NCBI GenBank assembly: GCA_964016885.1
Contig: OZ024743.1
Coordinates: 61,442,001-61,506,000 of the forward strand
Direction: 5' to 3'
Origin: Eledone cirrhosa
Lineage: Eukaryota
Length of the DNA stretch: 64,000 nt
The notes beneath the pieces were generated by a model that was not told the DNA's origin, made no database searches, and saw nothing but the letters and a program-made list of their open reading frames with translations. Position numbers and translations under genes: made by a program. This document shows, in pieces, positions 13,459-27,519 of the stretch. Numbering within the stretch: position 1 is the first letter of the stretch; each line of letters begins with the position of its first letter.

Positions 13459-14001
13459 TGGGGGGGGGGGAGGGAGATGTATACCTAGCCTTTTGATTCA
13501 TCTTATATATTCACACAAGCACAAACGTAAATAAACAGATTTTTCTACATTCATACATATACATATGTATATATTTGAAAAGTGTGTGCACTAACGAAGA
13601 GGACCATAATAATAGTTGATTACTATAAATAAAGTTTTGACATGTAATATTCTGATTTATCTGAAAGTAGATTAACTCTTAACATCCTGTAATGATTTAG
13701 CAAAATATATTTGAAACAGACTTCTTAATTCAAATGTTTATAGCATGTCTATTTGAGGCCATATTGTTGCAAAGATTTGCAGTAAACTAGAATCGTCAAT
13801 TTTAAGGATCATGCAGTATATATTCCTGTTCCATAATTTTTATCCTGCCTGTTTGATGTGGTTTGTTAATTCAAGTGTTTATAATATGTCTACAATGAAT
13901 AGATCATTGTGAAAATTTGCAGTATTAGACTAAAGGCATTAATTGTTAATTTGATGCTGTTCTGTAATTATTTTAGCTATACTTCTAATGTAGATTCGCC
14001 G

Positions 14002-14056
<55 letters not shown>

Positions 14057-14249
14057 ATATTTATGCGTAATAAACATATATAATCTGGTTATGACTCTTT
14101 TGATCAATGTACATGTCACAGTTGCCTCAGTAACTGAAGTTACGAGTCACTAGTGTTTTAACGTTTTTATTCATCATCAGTGATACTGAGACAAGAATAA
14201 GCTCTACATACATACATACATACATACATACATGCATGCATGCATGCAT

Positions 14250-14280
<31 letters not shown>

Positions 14281-14443
14281 TACATATATACATACATAAT
14301 ACAGTCAACGCAATCAGTCGCATATTTTCGCGTGGGAGACTATTTATTAAATTTAAGATGAATACTATCTCCGACATTAATGCCACAACTACAGTCATGT
14401 TGAATAACTGGTTATTCTTGTAACTATATCTTCTGAAGACACG

Positions 14444-14707
14444 TTTAGTGAATTAGTCACAGGGTTATTTACTTTGGTAAACGCCACTGCAGGCCAACCA
14501 CTAATTTAATTCGATACAGATATAATAAGCTTAACAAACTCTCTCGTGAGTGAACTGTCCGAGAGCTGTCGCCAAATAAGCTAAGATGTCTCTTTTCTTC
14601 CTCCTTTATAATCCCTAGACCGGAAGTTCAATGAATCCTCTAGAATTCAACAGGAAGTAACTCCAATTAGTTTTTTCTCCCCGGGAAAAGTGGCGCTAGT
14701 CGCTACA
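14444..14707 (-). repeat. 3' LTR
   Basis: Direct repeat of 18713-18976, about 16 mismatches counted by eye. Confidence 0.92.
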
Positions 14708-14957
14708 AGGCTCCCCTCCAGACGATAGTCGATAATAACCGTAAAGTCATTGTAGTGAGGAGCCGTAGAATAAGGAGCAAGCAAAACAAAAGGTACATAA
14801 ATTACAATGGTTTGTAACAGAAGCAAAGTATGAAAATAAGCATGCAAAAAAATGTAACTGGAACAATACAATTCAAAACAGTACAAAGGAGCAAGGAAAA
14901 TTGTGCTCAAAATAAGTTCAAATTTTTTCAAAGTCAAATAGTTAATGCCACTAGGGG

Positions 14958-17882
14958 TTAGACGTATATTGTTTTTGAGAGTTTACGTGGCCATATTACT
15001 GTCCTGCCACTTCGTGTGACATATGGTTGTGTGGTATGTGGTGTTTGCGGTGGAGGTGAAGATTTTTGTGTGGGAGTGTATGTGTGAGGAATGTCAGGCA
15101 ATGCTGTGAGACTTTCAGAGAAAGCCTTCTTTGCTCTGTCAACGGATATTATCTCTTTTCGACCATTGACAGCCACTGTAAAGTGTTTTGGTGTGTGCGA
15201 AAGCACACGAAAAGGTCCTTTATAGAGTGAAGTAAGTGGTCCCATGAAGGAATCATTCCGAATAAAAATATGTGTCCACATAGAGATGTCCGATGGGACA
15301 GCAGAAGAAATAGACTGGTCATGAGGGTTCATTGGTGGAAGATCCGAGAAATACGAACGAATCCTGGTGACATATGATGCTGGGTCAAGATGCGATGAAT
15401 CCACCGGTGCTAACATTTGACCAGGAAGAGTCAATGTGGTACCATAAAGAAGTTCAGCAGAAGAGAAGCCTAAATCTGTCTCAATGGCAGATCGACAACC
15501 AAGAAGCACAATTGGAAAAAATTCGGTCCAACGTTGCGGATCAGGAGTAGCGCGGAGTGCAGCTTTTAACTGTCTGTGAAATCTCTCCACCATTCCGTTA
15601 GAGGCTGGGTGATAGCTGGTCGTATGAATGTGATGAGCACCCAACAGTCGTAATATTTCACGAAATAAGGAAGCTTCAAATTGTCGTCCACGATCCGTAG
15701 TTATTTTAGTAGGAACACCAAAGTGAGCAATCCAATTGGATATGAAAGCTCGGGCAACGGACTCTGCTGTTATGTCCACTAAGGGTATGGCTTCAAGCCA
15801 CCGAGAGAAACAATCGATACAGGTTAATATCTATGTGAACCCACGACTAACGGGCCATGGATCAACAATATCCATGTGAATATGACGGAAACCTGCGTCT
15901 GGCGGGCTGAATTTCCCAAGAGAAGCGCGAACATGCCGATAAATCTTAGAGCGCTGACACTTCAAACAATAACATGCCCAACCAGTGATTAAACGACACA
16001 TATTAGGCCATAAAAATTGAGCCGTAATAAGCTTCACCGTGGCAGCTTTGCCGGGATGCGACAAGGTATGAAATGCATCAGAAACGGTACATTGATGGCA
16101 ATCTGGAACAGGTGGTCTGGGTGAGCCAGTAGAAATATAGCAAAGAATTTTTCCTTCAGCAGACGGAAGAGGTAAATATTTAAATTTACAGCAGGAAAAC
16201 TGGGTAGAAGAAATGTTCAACGAATCCAAAGTAGGTTGGTCAGTTGCTATGGCAACCAAATCGATATGCGCAGGAGACGCAAGAGAATACACAGAAAGTC
16301 GAGATAATGCGTCCGCGGGTATGTTGGCAGCTCCTGCTATATGACGAATGTCACTGGTGTACTGGGAAATGAAATCAAAATGTGCTGTATGCCCTCGGAG
16401 AGTATCTGTCGGACTTGGTTTGAAGAGCGAATGTGAGTGGTTTATGGTCTGCGAATACCGTGAACTCCCGACCTTCAAGAAGATGGTGGAAGTGTCTCAC
16501 AGCAAGATAAACTGCTAAAGGCTTTCTGTCAAAAGTACTATAACGTTGCTCTGCTGGTTTTAGTTGGCGTGAGAAAAACGCCAGTGGTTGAACCTGGTGG
16601 TCGATCGCATGTTGCAAAACTGCTCCAACAGAATGATCGGATGCGACAACAGATAAAGACAGTCTCGCGTTTGCAACAGGACAGGATGGGCGAGTAAGGA
16701 AACTTCAGCTATCTCAGTCTTGACGGATTCAAAAGACTGCAAAGCATCGGCAGAAAGTGAAATAGAAGCACCTTTCTTTTTCGCAGCCTTTAAAAACTGT
16801 GTCAAACGGAACAACTTGTCCGCACAGTTAGGAATGAAGCGACGATAAAAGTTAATTAATCCCAAGAAATTACGTAATTGTTTCAGGAAGGTGGATGGTG
16901 CGATATGCTGAATCGCTTCTACCTTAGATGGCAAAGGTCGTATGCCTTCTGAATCTATAAGATGTCCAAGGAATTCCAGTGAAGCTGTACCAAACACACA
17001 TTTGGCTGGGTTGATTCTGACCTGGTATGATTGAAGACGTTGAAATAACTGAGATAGATGTTGCTGATGATGTTCAGCTGTGTCACTGGCTATCAGAAGA
17101 TCATCCACGTAAGCAAACACGAAATCCAATCCACGCGTGACTTCATCGATAAAACGCTGGGACGTGCTAGAGGCATTCCACAAGCCAAAAGGCATGGACA
17201 GGAATTCAAATGAACCAAAGGGGGTGGTCACAGCTGTTTTTGGTATATCCTCTGGATTCATGGGTATCTGGTGGTATGCACGTATTAGATCTATTTTTGA
17301 AAATATCTTGCATCCATGCAGAACGGATGAACAATCCTGTAAATTTGGTAGAGGATAACAGTCCGGCGTGGTGATGGCATTAAGTCGTCGTTAATCTCCC
17401 ACAGGTCTAAAATCCGCTTCACCCTTACGAGCCAAGTGATGCGGAGATGCCCAAGGGTTGGTGGACGGTCGTATAAGACCGAGCTGGAGCATGTGCTCGA
17501 ACTCGTTTCGTGCTTTCTTTAGTCTATCCGGAGCCAATCTTCGTGGATGAGAGAAAACAGGTGGACCAGTTGTTGTAACGAAGTGTTGAGTCGGGTGGCC
17601 TGCCTAAGTAGGTTTAAATGAAATATCCGTTAACTCGGGAAACGAAGTAAGTAGTCCATGAAACTGGTTTCCAGCGGCAGCCACAAAAAATGACGGGCTG
17701 ACAGCAGTAGTGGTAGATTTACGAGTAGGCGTAGATAAGGTTGTGGTACTATCCACAAGTTTCTGGTTCCTGACATCTACCAAAAGTGAATAGTGCTGTA
17801 AGAAATCAGCATCGAGAATAGGATGAGGTAGGTCGGCAATGACAAAAATCCATTTGAAATCTCGACGCAGGGCTGAATACAA
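14958..17882 (-). pseudogene. pol: Gypsy pol (PR-RT-RNaseH-integrase), frameshifted
   Basis: ILDADFL (PR C-terminus), KTAVTTPFG/YVDDLL (RT), QRYSTFDRK..DHKPL (RH), H..SHPG..C..C and [22 protein letters not shown] (IN). Confidence 0.9.
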
Positions 17883-18049
17883 TGTTTCGCCTTTTCACGA
17901 AAGCGCATGTGATACCAACACAAAGACGAGTTGTTGGCGGGGGAGGGGGGGGGGGGGTAGGCACGACGGTGAAAGGAAGAAGACCGACTTCGTGATCGCC
18001 GTCTAGATGGCGTTCGGTCCCTACATAGTTTAGCTACTTGTCTAGTTAG

Positions 18050-18610
18050 CTAATCAATGACTCTCAACATAGAGTCCTTACGAGGTGAGGCAGGCTGGGT
18101 TTTGAAAGCAGAAGAAGCGACGACCGAATCTGCCGAGGTAGGTTTCCTAGAAAACTCCATAATTCTGTCCGCAGAGGCAGCAATTTGTTCTATCAAACTG
18201 GTGTCAACCATATTCGCCAATATGGTTTGCACATTAGTTGGCAAACGGGAGAACAATAACTTTTTTAAGAAGGAACCCTCTTCGGGGGCAGCATCACTGA
18301 GTTCACGGATACGCCGTAAAAACTCTGAAAGATTTCTGTCCCCCAGATTTTCATGCTCTAATAAGGAACGAAATTTACTCTCAGGCGACCTACAGTTCTT
18401 ACGCAGTACCTCTGTCTTCCGAGACTCGTAGGAAACGCCTTGGGGAGGGTCCGTGATTATGTCTTTTACTGTAATTGCTAGTGAAGCTGGAATTCCGCTG
18501 ATTAGCACGTTTAATTTTTGCTGTTTTTCCTGTACTCCGTTAACAGCATCGAGCTGGGCGAACCACAATTTGGCATGGCCAGAATACGCTGGTAACAATG
18601 TGTTGCTCAT
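18050..18610 (-). pseudogene. gag: Gypsy gag, truncated or disrupted
   Basis: LWFAQLD...LGDRNLSEFLRRIREL...LFSRLPTNVQTIL, lying directly downstream of the PBS. Confidence 0.8.
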
Positions 18611-18700
18611 GATGAAATTTGGTCGAGAGAGATGATTTTCTTTTTCAAAACATCGGTAGAAATTATTTTTTTAAACGTCGGTAGAAATTATATGTTCAAA

Positions 18701-18711
18701 CGGGGTCACCA
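18701..18711 (-). promoter_or_regulatory. Primer binding site (tRNA-Trp)
   Basis: TGGTGACCCCG immediately inside the 5' LTR. Confidence 0.85.
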
Positions 18712-18712
18712 C

Positions 18713-18976
18713 TTTAGTGAATTGGTCATAGGGTTATTGACTTTGGTAAACGCCACTGCTCGCCAACCACTAATTTAATTCGATACAGATATAATAAGTA
18801 TAACAAACTCGCTCGTGAGTGAACTGTCCGAGAGCTGTCGCCAAATAAGCTAAGATGTCTCTTTTCTCCCTCCTTTATAATCCCTAGACCGGAAGTTCAA
18901 GAAATCCTCTAGAATTCAACGGGAAGTAACTCCAATTAGTTTTTGCTCCCCGGGCAAGGTGGCGCTCGTCGCTACA
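18713..18976 (-). repeat. 5' LTR
   Basis: Begins TGTAGCGACG on the minus strand and is followed by the PBS. Confidence 0.92.
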
Positions 18977-21900
18977 CACCATTTATTCGAATTCGTAGAG
19001 ATATCCGACTAAATACTTAATTCATTTTGCAAGGATTTGCTACAAACAGCATGGCTGAACACAACATCAACAACAAAATTAAGGAAGTATCGAAGATAAC
19101 CAACAAGAAAGGTAAACAAACTTTATTCAGTTGTAGCTACAGAAGGGACCGAAATTATAAATCGCATTTCTCTTGGAGTTGCAAACTTAATAATGATTTA
19201 TTTAATTGTTATAAAATGGCAAAAAACAATCCCTCTATTGGCTATATGAACAGAATGATACTAAACTGGGACGAAATGCACCCAGAGCTAAACTATTTCA
19301 CAGCGAAACAATTACGCCAACAAGCGAGGTTTGTTGAACGTAAAAATAAGATAAATATTATAAATTGTAAGTCCCCCACAACAAACATGTTATCAACAAC
19401 ACGTGCTACAGGTCGCCATGCTACTAGACTTCCTAGCAGCCAGGTCGAACAGTGCCTTGAAACAACTATGCCTGTAAGAAACTTGACACCACCTGTACCA
19501 TCTAAGTCTACCTCGAATGCTGGGGAAAACACTATCAATAATAATAATAATCGAAGAAATAATAATAATAATCGAAGAAATTTGACACTACGTGTACCAC
19601 CCGAGTCTACCTCGACTGTTGTGGAAAATACTATCGATAATCAAAAGTATAAACAATTAAGAATTTACCTCAACGAAATCTTCCAGAGAGAAATTAATTC
19701 ATGTATGAATATCTCTCTTGCTGAACGTATTAAAACGACAATGTTTAATAAAAAAACAAATAATGAAATATTACGTGTTATTGACGAAATAGGGGATGAA
19801 TATTTACGACCGATAAAAACCCCAACATTTTGGCAAATCAACGCCTGTTTATATGCCCTAGCAACAACAGTGAAGCATTATCTTGGTGATAACAGAGATA
19901 TTAACAAGTACAGAACACCACAAAAAATACCATCATATATAACTAAAATAGAAAAAAAGATTGCTGACCTACAAAAAACCATAGGATATGTGACAATGCT
20001 CCTTACATGCAAACAAACACAAAAAAACCTCACTCCTCACCAACAAAGAGTGAAAAACGATGTTTGGTAACAGTAGAACCAGAACTCTTCAATATAAGCT
20101 GATCACCCTCACACAAGAATTGAGAGCGAAAAACGCTGTTAGCGAAAAACGCCGATACCTGAAGAAAGTAGATGAGAGAAAAGTGCTTAATAAAAGATTC
20201 AGACGAAACCAAACATCAGATATGAAGGGCAAAATAATAAGTGTCACTGAGGCCCCATCCCAGAAAGACAGATTCCTTTTGGAGCAAAATATGGGGTGAA
20301 ATGAAGAATTTCAACCAAGATGTAGTGTGGCTAAGAGAAATCCGAAATCCTACACTACTACAAATGCATACGAAATAAGTGAGGGTACCCTTGAGACTGT
20401 GATAGGAAAACTCCAAGATAAGAAAAGACCAGGAAGAGACATGATTGTCAGCTACTGGTACAAAAAACTGATATTCTATCGGAGGTATCTTACTGACTTC
20501 TACCAGCAAGTTCTTAAAGGAGATACACTTATACCAGAATGGTTGACATTAGCACAACCATGACTGGTCCTCAAGAACAAAGACACCCACTTGGAAAAAA
20601 ACTACCGACCCATTGCATGCCAGAACCTGATGTATAACATGTATACAGCCTGCCTGAACCTATTCCTCCAAGATCACTGTGAAAATAATAACATCATCAC
20701 AGATGAGCAAGCAGCTGGAAAGAAAGGGGTTTGGGGATGTGCTGAACAACTCCTAATCAACAAAACTGCGATGTCGGAGGTACAACTTAGGAGGAATAAG
20801 GCTACAGTTTGGCTGGACTACAGGAAAGCTTTCGATTCTGTTCCTCACTCTTGGATGATAGAGGCCCTCCAACTTGCTAAAGTCCCAGACATTATTGTCA
20901 AAGCCATAGAGAGGCTGTCTTCTTCTTGGGCTACTATCCTTAAAGACAGAGAGGGAGGACTCTATTTTCACTGATAAAATAAAATATTGCAGAGGTATAT
21001 TTCAGGGGGACAGTCTCTGTGTGATATTATTCATCTTGCCATTAAACCTCTTGTCCTTTCTGCTCAAGAAATGTAAGGGATACATCATTGGCTCACAGGA
21101 GGACAGAAATACGAACCTAACCCATAATTTCTTTGTGGATGATCTGAAACTCTATGCCAAGAACATGGATGGGATGAAAAAAAATCTTGACCTGGTTACA
21201 ACGTTCTCAAAGGATATAGGAGTTTGGCCAAGGTAAATGCTCATAGATGACTGTAAAGCGGGGAAAAACAACAACCCAATCTAGCAACAATGTCATCAAT
21301 GGCCTAACTGTTTCATCGATATCTGATGAGGACTGCTACAGATACCTAGGGATAGATGAGAACATATCCTGTAATGGTATCTGTAATAAGGAACGCGTAA
21401 CCATGGAATACTACACACGATTAAGAAAGATTTGGTCATCAGAAATCTGAGCAGTTGATGTTGGAATTCAAAAAATACTAAACAACACCGGAAACTTTCA
21501 CATCAACAGTGACATAGACCGCCTTTACTTGAAACGTAAGCAGGGAGGCAGAGGCCTGACATCAGTCCAGACAGCATTTGAATGTCGCATCATATCTCTC
21601 CGACAACATCTACGAACCTCGAAGCGTAGGAGCCCGTCTCTCGAACACGGCTATCTGCATGAAAAATAAGATCATGCGAGTTGGGAAGGAACTCCTCGAG
21701 AGATATGTGTGATAATCAAAAGCTCACACACAGGGATGTCGCTCAGCAGTATCGCAGTGAATCCATGGATGAAAAAATTCATGCTTATCAGCAAAAAATC
21801 ATGCATGGATATGTTGCCAGGAAGCTCCAGAGTGAGAGTAGTATAGATAAGGAAAGTAGTTTATCTTGGACCAACAACCGCCATATTGGCTCCCACTTTG

Positions 21901-23172
21901 AAGAATACGCTTTTGCAATCCAAGAACAGGAAATTAACACGAAATACCTGATTCACAAAAGAGATAGGGATGCAGGCAAAACAACTAGATGTGATAACAA
22001 GTGCAGACTCTGCAGAACTAACATCGAAGATATCACCCATGTCATCAGCAGCGGTTCAAAGATGTCATTGCGGTACTATCTACCTATGAGGCATGATGGA
22101 GTGGCCAAAACACTGTACAATGTAATCCGTAAAAAAGATAGCCCCGATAATAAACACATTAAAAGCTACAGCAATGTGGAAGACATCCATGTACATAATA
22201 TGAAAGAGCATAACAGACCAGATATTATGATATGGGACAGGGAGAAGAAAGCATGCACAGTAGTGGAAGTTAGCTGCCCAGCAGATGCCAATATAATATC
22301 GAAGATTAGCGAAAAGGAGAATATTTATGCAGAACTGATGAGAAATCTGCAGATACTCCACCATGATTACACCTTCAGATTTATTCTTGTGATTATTGGG
22401 GCACTGGGATATGTTAGTAACTGCCTCAATACAAATCTTGAGAAGCTAGGCTTCACAGGATCAGAAAGAACACAACTAGTTAGGAAATTTCAAGTACAAT
22501 CCATTAATGGAACAGTAAAAGTATGTAAAACATTCCAAATATTTTGCATCTAATAACTGCATATACACATGTACAGATACAAAGCATATACACATGCACA
22601 CATACAACTCAAAACATTTACATCCACACATACAATAACATCCATATCTACACATGCATGCAGACATACATACATATCTACCTAGTTGATGTTGTGTAAA
22701 TTCCAATGAGAGAGTATTGTGTCTATGTTAGAAACCGACTATCTCTCTATTAGGAAAAAATTAGTGAAATTATGAAACCAGAAGAACATACATACATGCA
22801 TACATACAAGCATACATACATACATACATACAAAAATATATACATTCGTACATACATACGTACATACATATATACGTACATATGTACATACATACATGCA
22901 TACAGAGGTTGATAGATATTGAAAGAGAGAGAAGGGGGATATGGTGTGAGAGTGATAGACTGTACAACCACAATCAATATGTTAGTTGCCGGCATTCCAT
23001 TTACATCTTGTTTATTTACACAACCATACGTATCTAATAATAACAAATTATATCGATGAATAATAGCTTCATTTACTGATAATTATCATTTCGACATCAT
23101 TGGTAGACGTTTCTTGATAATCTCCATTGATCTTGTTATGTATGTCTATTGTAGCTCTTCCTATACTCCCTG

Positions 23173-23462
23173 TGAAGGCACGTGGCTTATGGAATTCGGT
23201 TCACAATCGTAAGGTCGTGAGTTTGATTCACTCCGGGTGCTGTGTCCTTGAGCAAGACACTCTATTTCACGTTGCTCCAGTCCACCCGTAATTCGAAGTC
23301 AGCCTAGTCACATTCTGTGTCATGCTGAATCTCCCTGAGAACTACGTTAAGAGTAAGCGTCTTTCTGGAATGCTTAGCCTGTCGCACATTAATTTTACAA
23401 GCAGACTGTTCTGCTGATTTTTATCAACTGGAACACTCATCGTCGTAACTGATGGAGTACCA
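23173..23462 (+). mobile_element. SINE-C copy with standard 3' body
   Basis: gaaggcacgtggc...tgtccttgagcaagacact...cacgttgctccagtccac. Confidence 0.8.
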
Positions 23463-23849
23463 CTTCTACTACTCCTATACTCCGATTTTTAAAGACAGAA
23501 ACAGTTGGGAAATATGTAAAACTGGATAGCTGTCGTCTGTACTATCAATTATATTTCAATCTATATCTATCTTATCAACACAAAGGTTTGCCTCTGCAAA
23601 CAATAACATACTCTCCATAGCAATTATTATTCTAATTAGTTGAATATATGATAAATTATGAAATTAGGATGGAATTAGCGTTGGTGGAAAAAAATAACAA
23701 TGACTATTCTAGTTTTGTTGCAAACATTAGGTTAAATACGTTATTGCTTGTGAATGTTTTCTAAGCTTAAATCTCATCTTTACACATAGCAGAAAGGACA
23801 GACGTGGGAAATGGGTTAGGTACATGTTTCCAAGTTAATTCTATTCAAA

Positions 23850-24960
23850 TATACTCGTTACCAGTCATTTGGATATTTAAATGCAGTTCAGAATGTTTTC
23901 GGGTGTTAATTCAGCACCGTTCGAGATATTCAAATTCTATACTAAAGAATTTCTGCCTTTAGCTTCGTAAGGTATTAGTGTCTACTGAGGAGTGAAATAT
24001 TAAAAACAAGATTGTGGTTACAATTATATTCTACATAGGATCGCCAAAAAGATTACCAGTGATTGTTAAGCCTAGCATTTGTAGTGACCTGGAGAGTTTT
24101 AAATCCGTTGTCTATGCCTAAGTTGATAGGATTCAATATTGTTTCCTTGATATATGTAGTGATTTTGTCTGTAGTTTTGAATGAGGCAAGGTTGTAATGA
24201 CCACTTTAGGTAGTTTTTTCTAGGTCTCTGTTCTTGGTTTGACGTGAGGTGTCTAGACTATATGGGGATGATGTCTATGTACAGAATATTAGGGTGAGGA
24301 ATTTAACGTGAGAGGTGATAGAAAGTAAGCCGTTATTGTATAGAAGACATAGTGTATGGGAAAATAACTGAACATTAAAGGGAAACAGGATTGTTAAAGG
24401 AGACAACGAGTACGTTACTGAATAAAATGCATGATGTATGGCGATATAATTGAAGATTGGAGGGAGGAGACAAAATTGAAACTCTGTGTGTCAGAGAAAG
24501 CTTCATCATCTCATGTCGTGATGAATGTTTCGTGATAGTATTTCACCATATATCTCACGTGTAATAAATTACTAGCCAACAACATAGAAGAGCCGGTCTG
24601 CAATGGATCTGACTATAGGGAAACGGAATTGTTCGTCATTGAGGCGGGGTAGGATTAGTGAAGAAAGGGTTTGTTGAGGACTCGTTTCATTATCTTTGAT
24701 ATGCTTATAGTGAAGGCAATCTGTCGGTAATTGGCAGGCACAGAAAGTAGTCTTCTTGGAGGTGGGACACATAAGAATGAGACGCAAGTTTCCAAATATT
24801 AGAATAGATTTCTATAGACACAGAAAACCTGAAGAGTTGGGTGATTGATGTTGCAAAACTGTGGAGTACGCTATTTGAGGATAATAAAAGGGGTCTTGTC
24901 AGAACCGGTGCCCTTGTTAATACCGACACAGTCATTTTCATTTACTTCAAGTATCCACTA
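23850..24960 (-). mobile_element. Heavily decayed APE-type LINE RT (CR1/Jockey-group-like)
   Basis: Manual translation NKGTGSDK..IILK, SITQLFRFS..IWKLA and PANYRQIAFTISISKIMKRVLN (RT N-terminal motifs); boundaries approximate. Confidence 0.6.
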
Positions 24961-24964
24961 CTTT

Positions 24965-25090
24965 TGAAGGCACGTGAACTTATGATCGTTAGGGATCACG
25001 ATCGTAATGTTATGGGTTCAGTTCCCAGATCGGGAGGGTCATTGTGTCTTTGAGTAAGACACTTCATTTCGCATTGCTCCAGTCTACTCA
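24965..25090 (+). mobile_element. SINE-C copy, degraded
   Basis: gaaggcacgtg...tgtctttgagtaagacacttcatttcgcattgctccagtctactcagc. Confidence 0.75.
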
Positions 25091-26213
25091 GCAGAGTAAA
25101 TGTTCCGGTTTGATGTGACTTCGGGCTTGTGATAAACAGTTCTAGGGGGCATTGATGTGTAGGCTGTGTAGACTTTGGTGGAGTTTGTGAAGCTACAATT
25201 TCGTCGAATGTTGACGAGTACATACAATGTGGAGTTGGATATAAATCGGACAGGAAAGTTTGAAACTTTTTCAACAGAAGTGCTGCATATGGAGCCGTTA
25301 TGGTAGAGGACTGGTGAATCAGAGGATTTTGTAATTAGAAGATATCTGTTTGACAGGCGATAAGAAGGACTAACCACAATTTAAGCAGCTATACGGCTTG
25401 AAAGTTGCGCGGTGGTCCACAACGGTATCTTTTCGTTGCACATAATGGTAAAGCCACGTTAATAGAGGTTAGGAAGTATTTTCCCGGTTGTTGTAGTCAC
25501 CGTTCTTTGATTTTACTGCTGCACCACATCAACGCAGGAACCACCTGAATAATTTGGTGTTTTTCATGGCTTAATCAGAAGAGCAATACTTGCGTCCACG
25601 ACCTTCTGCAGGGCCTCTTTGACTGCATTTTCTTTATGTGATGTTAATGCAAGGATATAATAACGCGGATGGATTCGGTTCTGCAGGATGTCATTTTCGA
25701 CGAAGAGTGCTTGAGTTGTTTGATCGACGGAACAGCCAGCTCGTAAAAATATCGTGAACATGGCTGAGCCTTCAACAGATGCCTCCCATAGCACGCCTTA
25801 ATATAATACTCATTGGGATGAGCCTGACTCGATGCGCTACCGTAAATTGAACAGACGGCTTTATGGTGCTGAGACGAGCACACGAAGAAAATTACTCCTA
25901 GCTATAGTTAGTGAACAACTGGTGAATCTGCCTACAGTTATCTGACTTGGATAACCACAAGAGTTCAGAATGGGTGGGTGTTGCATAAAATGTACATGGC
26001 TTTGTCTGTGTGGGCGTAGCCGTGGTTAAGCAATATATCTGTTAAGTGGACGATGTCATCATTAGGTAACAAGTCAATGGATAGGTTAATTAGCCATATA
26101 GTAGATTGGTAATATATGTAATTATACGTAAATGCGCCATATTGTCCATGTCAGCAACATAGTTTATTAGAGAGGTCAATTAGATTAAATTGCCTGCAAC
26201 TAATTAAGATAAT

Positions 26214-26394
26214 TGTTTCTACTTTAGGCACAAGGCCGGCAATTACCCAGTACATTACTGGTACTTTATTTTATCGACCCCGTAAGGATGAAAGGCAAAG
26301 TTAACCTCGGCGGGATTTGAACTCAGAATGTAAAGGGACGTAACTATGCTAGAAAGCATGGCGTCCAACCTCTACCGATACTGCCAATTCACCG
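26214..26394 (-). mobile_element. SINE-M copy
   Basis: ttatcgaccccgtaaggatgaaaggcaaagttaacctcggcgggatttgaactc. Confidence 0.85.
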
Positions 26395-26715
26395 AAGATA
26401 ATGGCAATGTACTCCACATCAACCAAACATTCTAATTCTTGTTCTCTCAGTATACATTATTTTGCATGCCTTGCAACTATCCTTCTGACCTGTAGTCATG
26501 TTAGTTTTGAATCGAGGACAAGAGAATTTAGAATGCGAAAGTAAGAGGGGAAGAGAAAGAGGGAAGATGGGAAAATAATACTGTAATATCTGTTGATTTG
26601 ACATAATATATAGCCAGAGCTAAAATTATGAAACAGGACACATTTTGAAAGGATTTACTCGGTAATCAGCAATTACTTCGACATATAGAGTATTCATCTC
26701 TATCTATAATTATAA

Positions 26716-26844
<129 letters not shown>

Positions 26845-26882
26845 TGATCTGATTGCGTGGGCCTGCCGGCCATAGGAATACG

Positions 26883-26920
<38 letters not shown>

Positions 26921-27519
26921 TATGTAAAAGGTAAACAGAAATAACAACGCACTCGGTACAATATATGGAAGGGATATATTAGTTTAACGCTTGATATAGC
27001 AGGAAGAACATACGTATTTCTATGGCCGACAGGCCCACGTAATCAGATCATAACGCAAGGCATATAGCGACCTCTTCATGTGTAATTCACATAACAGATT
27101 TAAAGGTTAAATAATTAATTACTAGATTAGGGAAAACATAAACTCCGTCGGTCAATGAAATCTTGGTGACAAACGGCCTCTGTCACTGAGGTCGCATTGA
27201 CCGATGTACCACCTCCATATCCATTTAAATGTTAGTTCACTTTAATTTTGACGGGCGACTGTTGCTTGTATATTATGGCGTGTTTAATAATTAGCCACTG
27301 CAATATTTCAGCACTCCTGTTGCTCTGCAGATAAATTGATAGCAGAAGAATAGATAGTATGTCTTAATTTATTTGTCAGTCACGTAATTGTGCAGAACAT
27401 AAAACATTTAAATTTACAAAAATGTATCTTATTCCCCCACTCCTCACACATTATCTGGGGTTCCCATGCCCAATTTAGCTGTAATTTTTTATATTTATTT
27501 ATCTGTCGGCTACCTGATT

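Larger units (their letters stand above)
14444..18976 (-). mobile_element. Gypsy LTR retrotransposon (CsRn1/Kabuki-like) with two LTRs and decayed gag-pol
   Basis: 264-bp LTRs at 14444-14707 and 18713-18976; tRNA-Trp PBS; PPT GGAGGGGAG; gag, PR, RT, RH and IN fragments in Gypsy order; approximate 4-bp TSD cacg/cacc. Confidence 0.92.
14298..22785 (+). mobile_element. R4/Dong-like RLE-type non-LTR retrotransposon, decayed, with a Gypsy element probably inserted in its 5' region
   Basis: Fragmented ORF 19027-22553: YMNRMILNW N-terminus, RT (NYRPIACQN, WLDYRKAFDSVPH, FFVDDLKLY), CRLC..H knuckle and RLE (HNRPDIMIWD..VVEVSCP..EKENIY..VIIGALG); (CATA)n on both sides; the 5' boundary is inferred. 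Confidence 0.75.
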
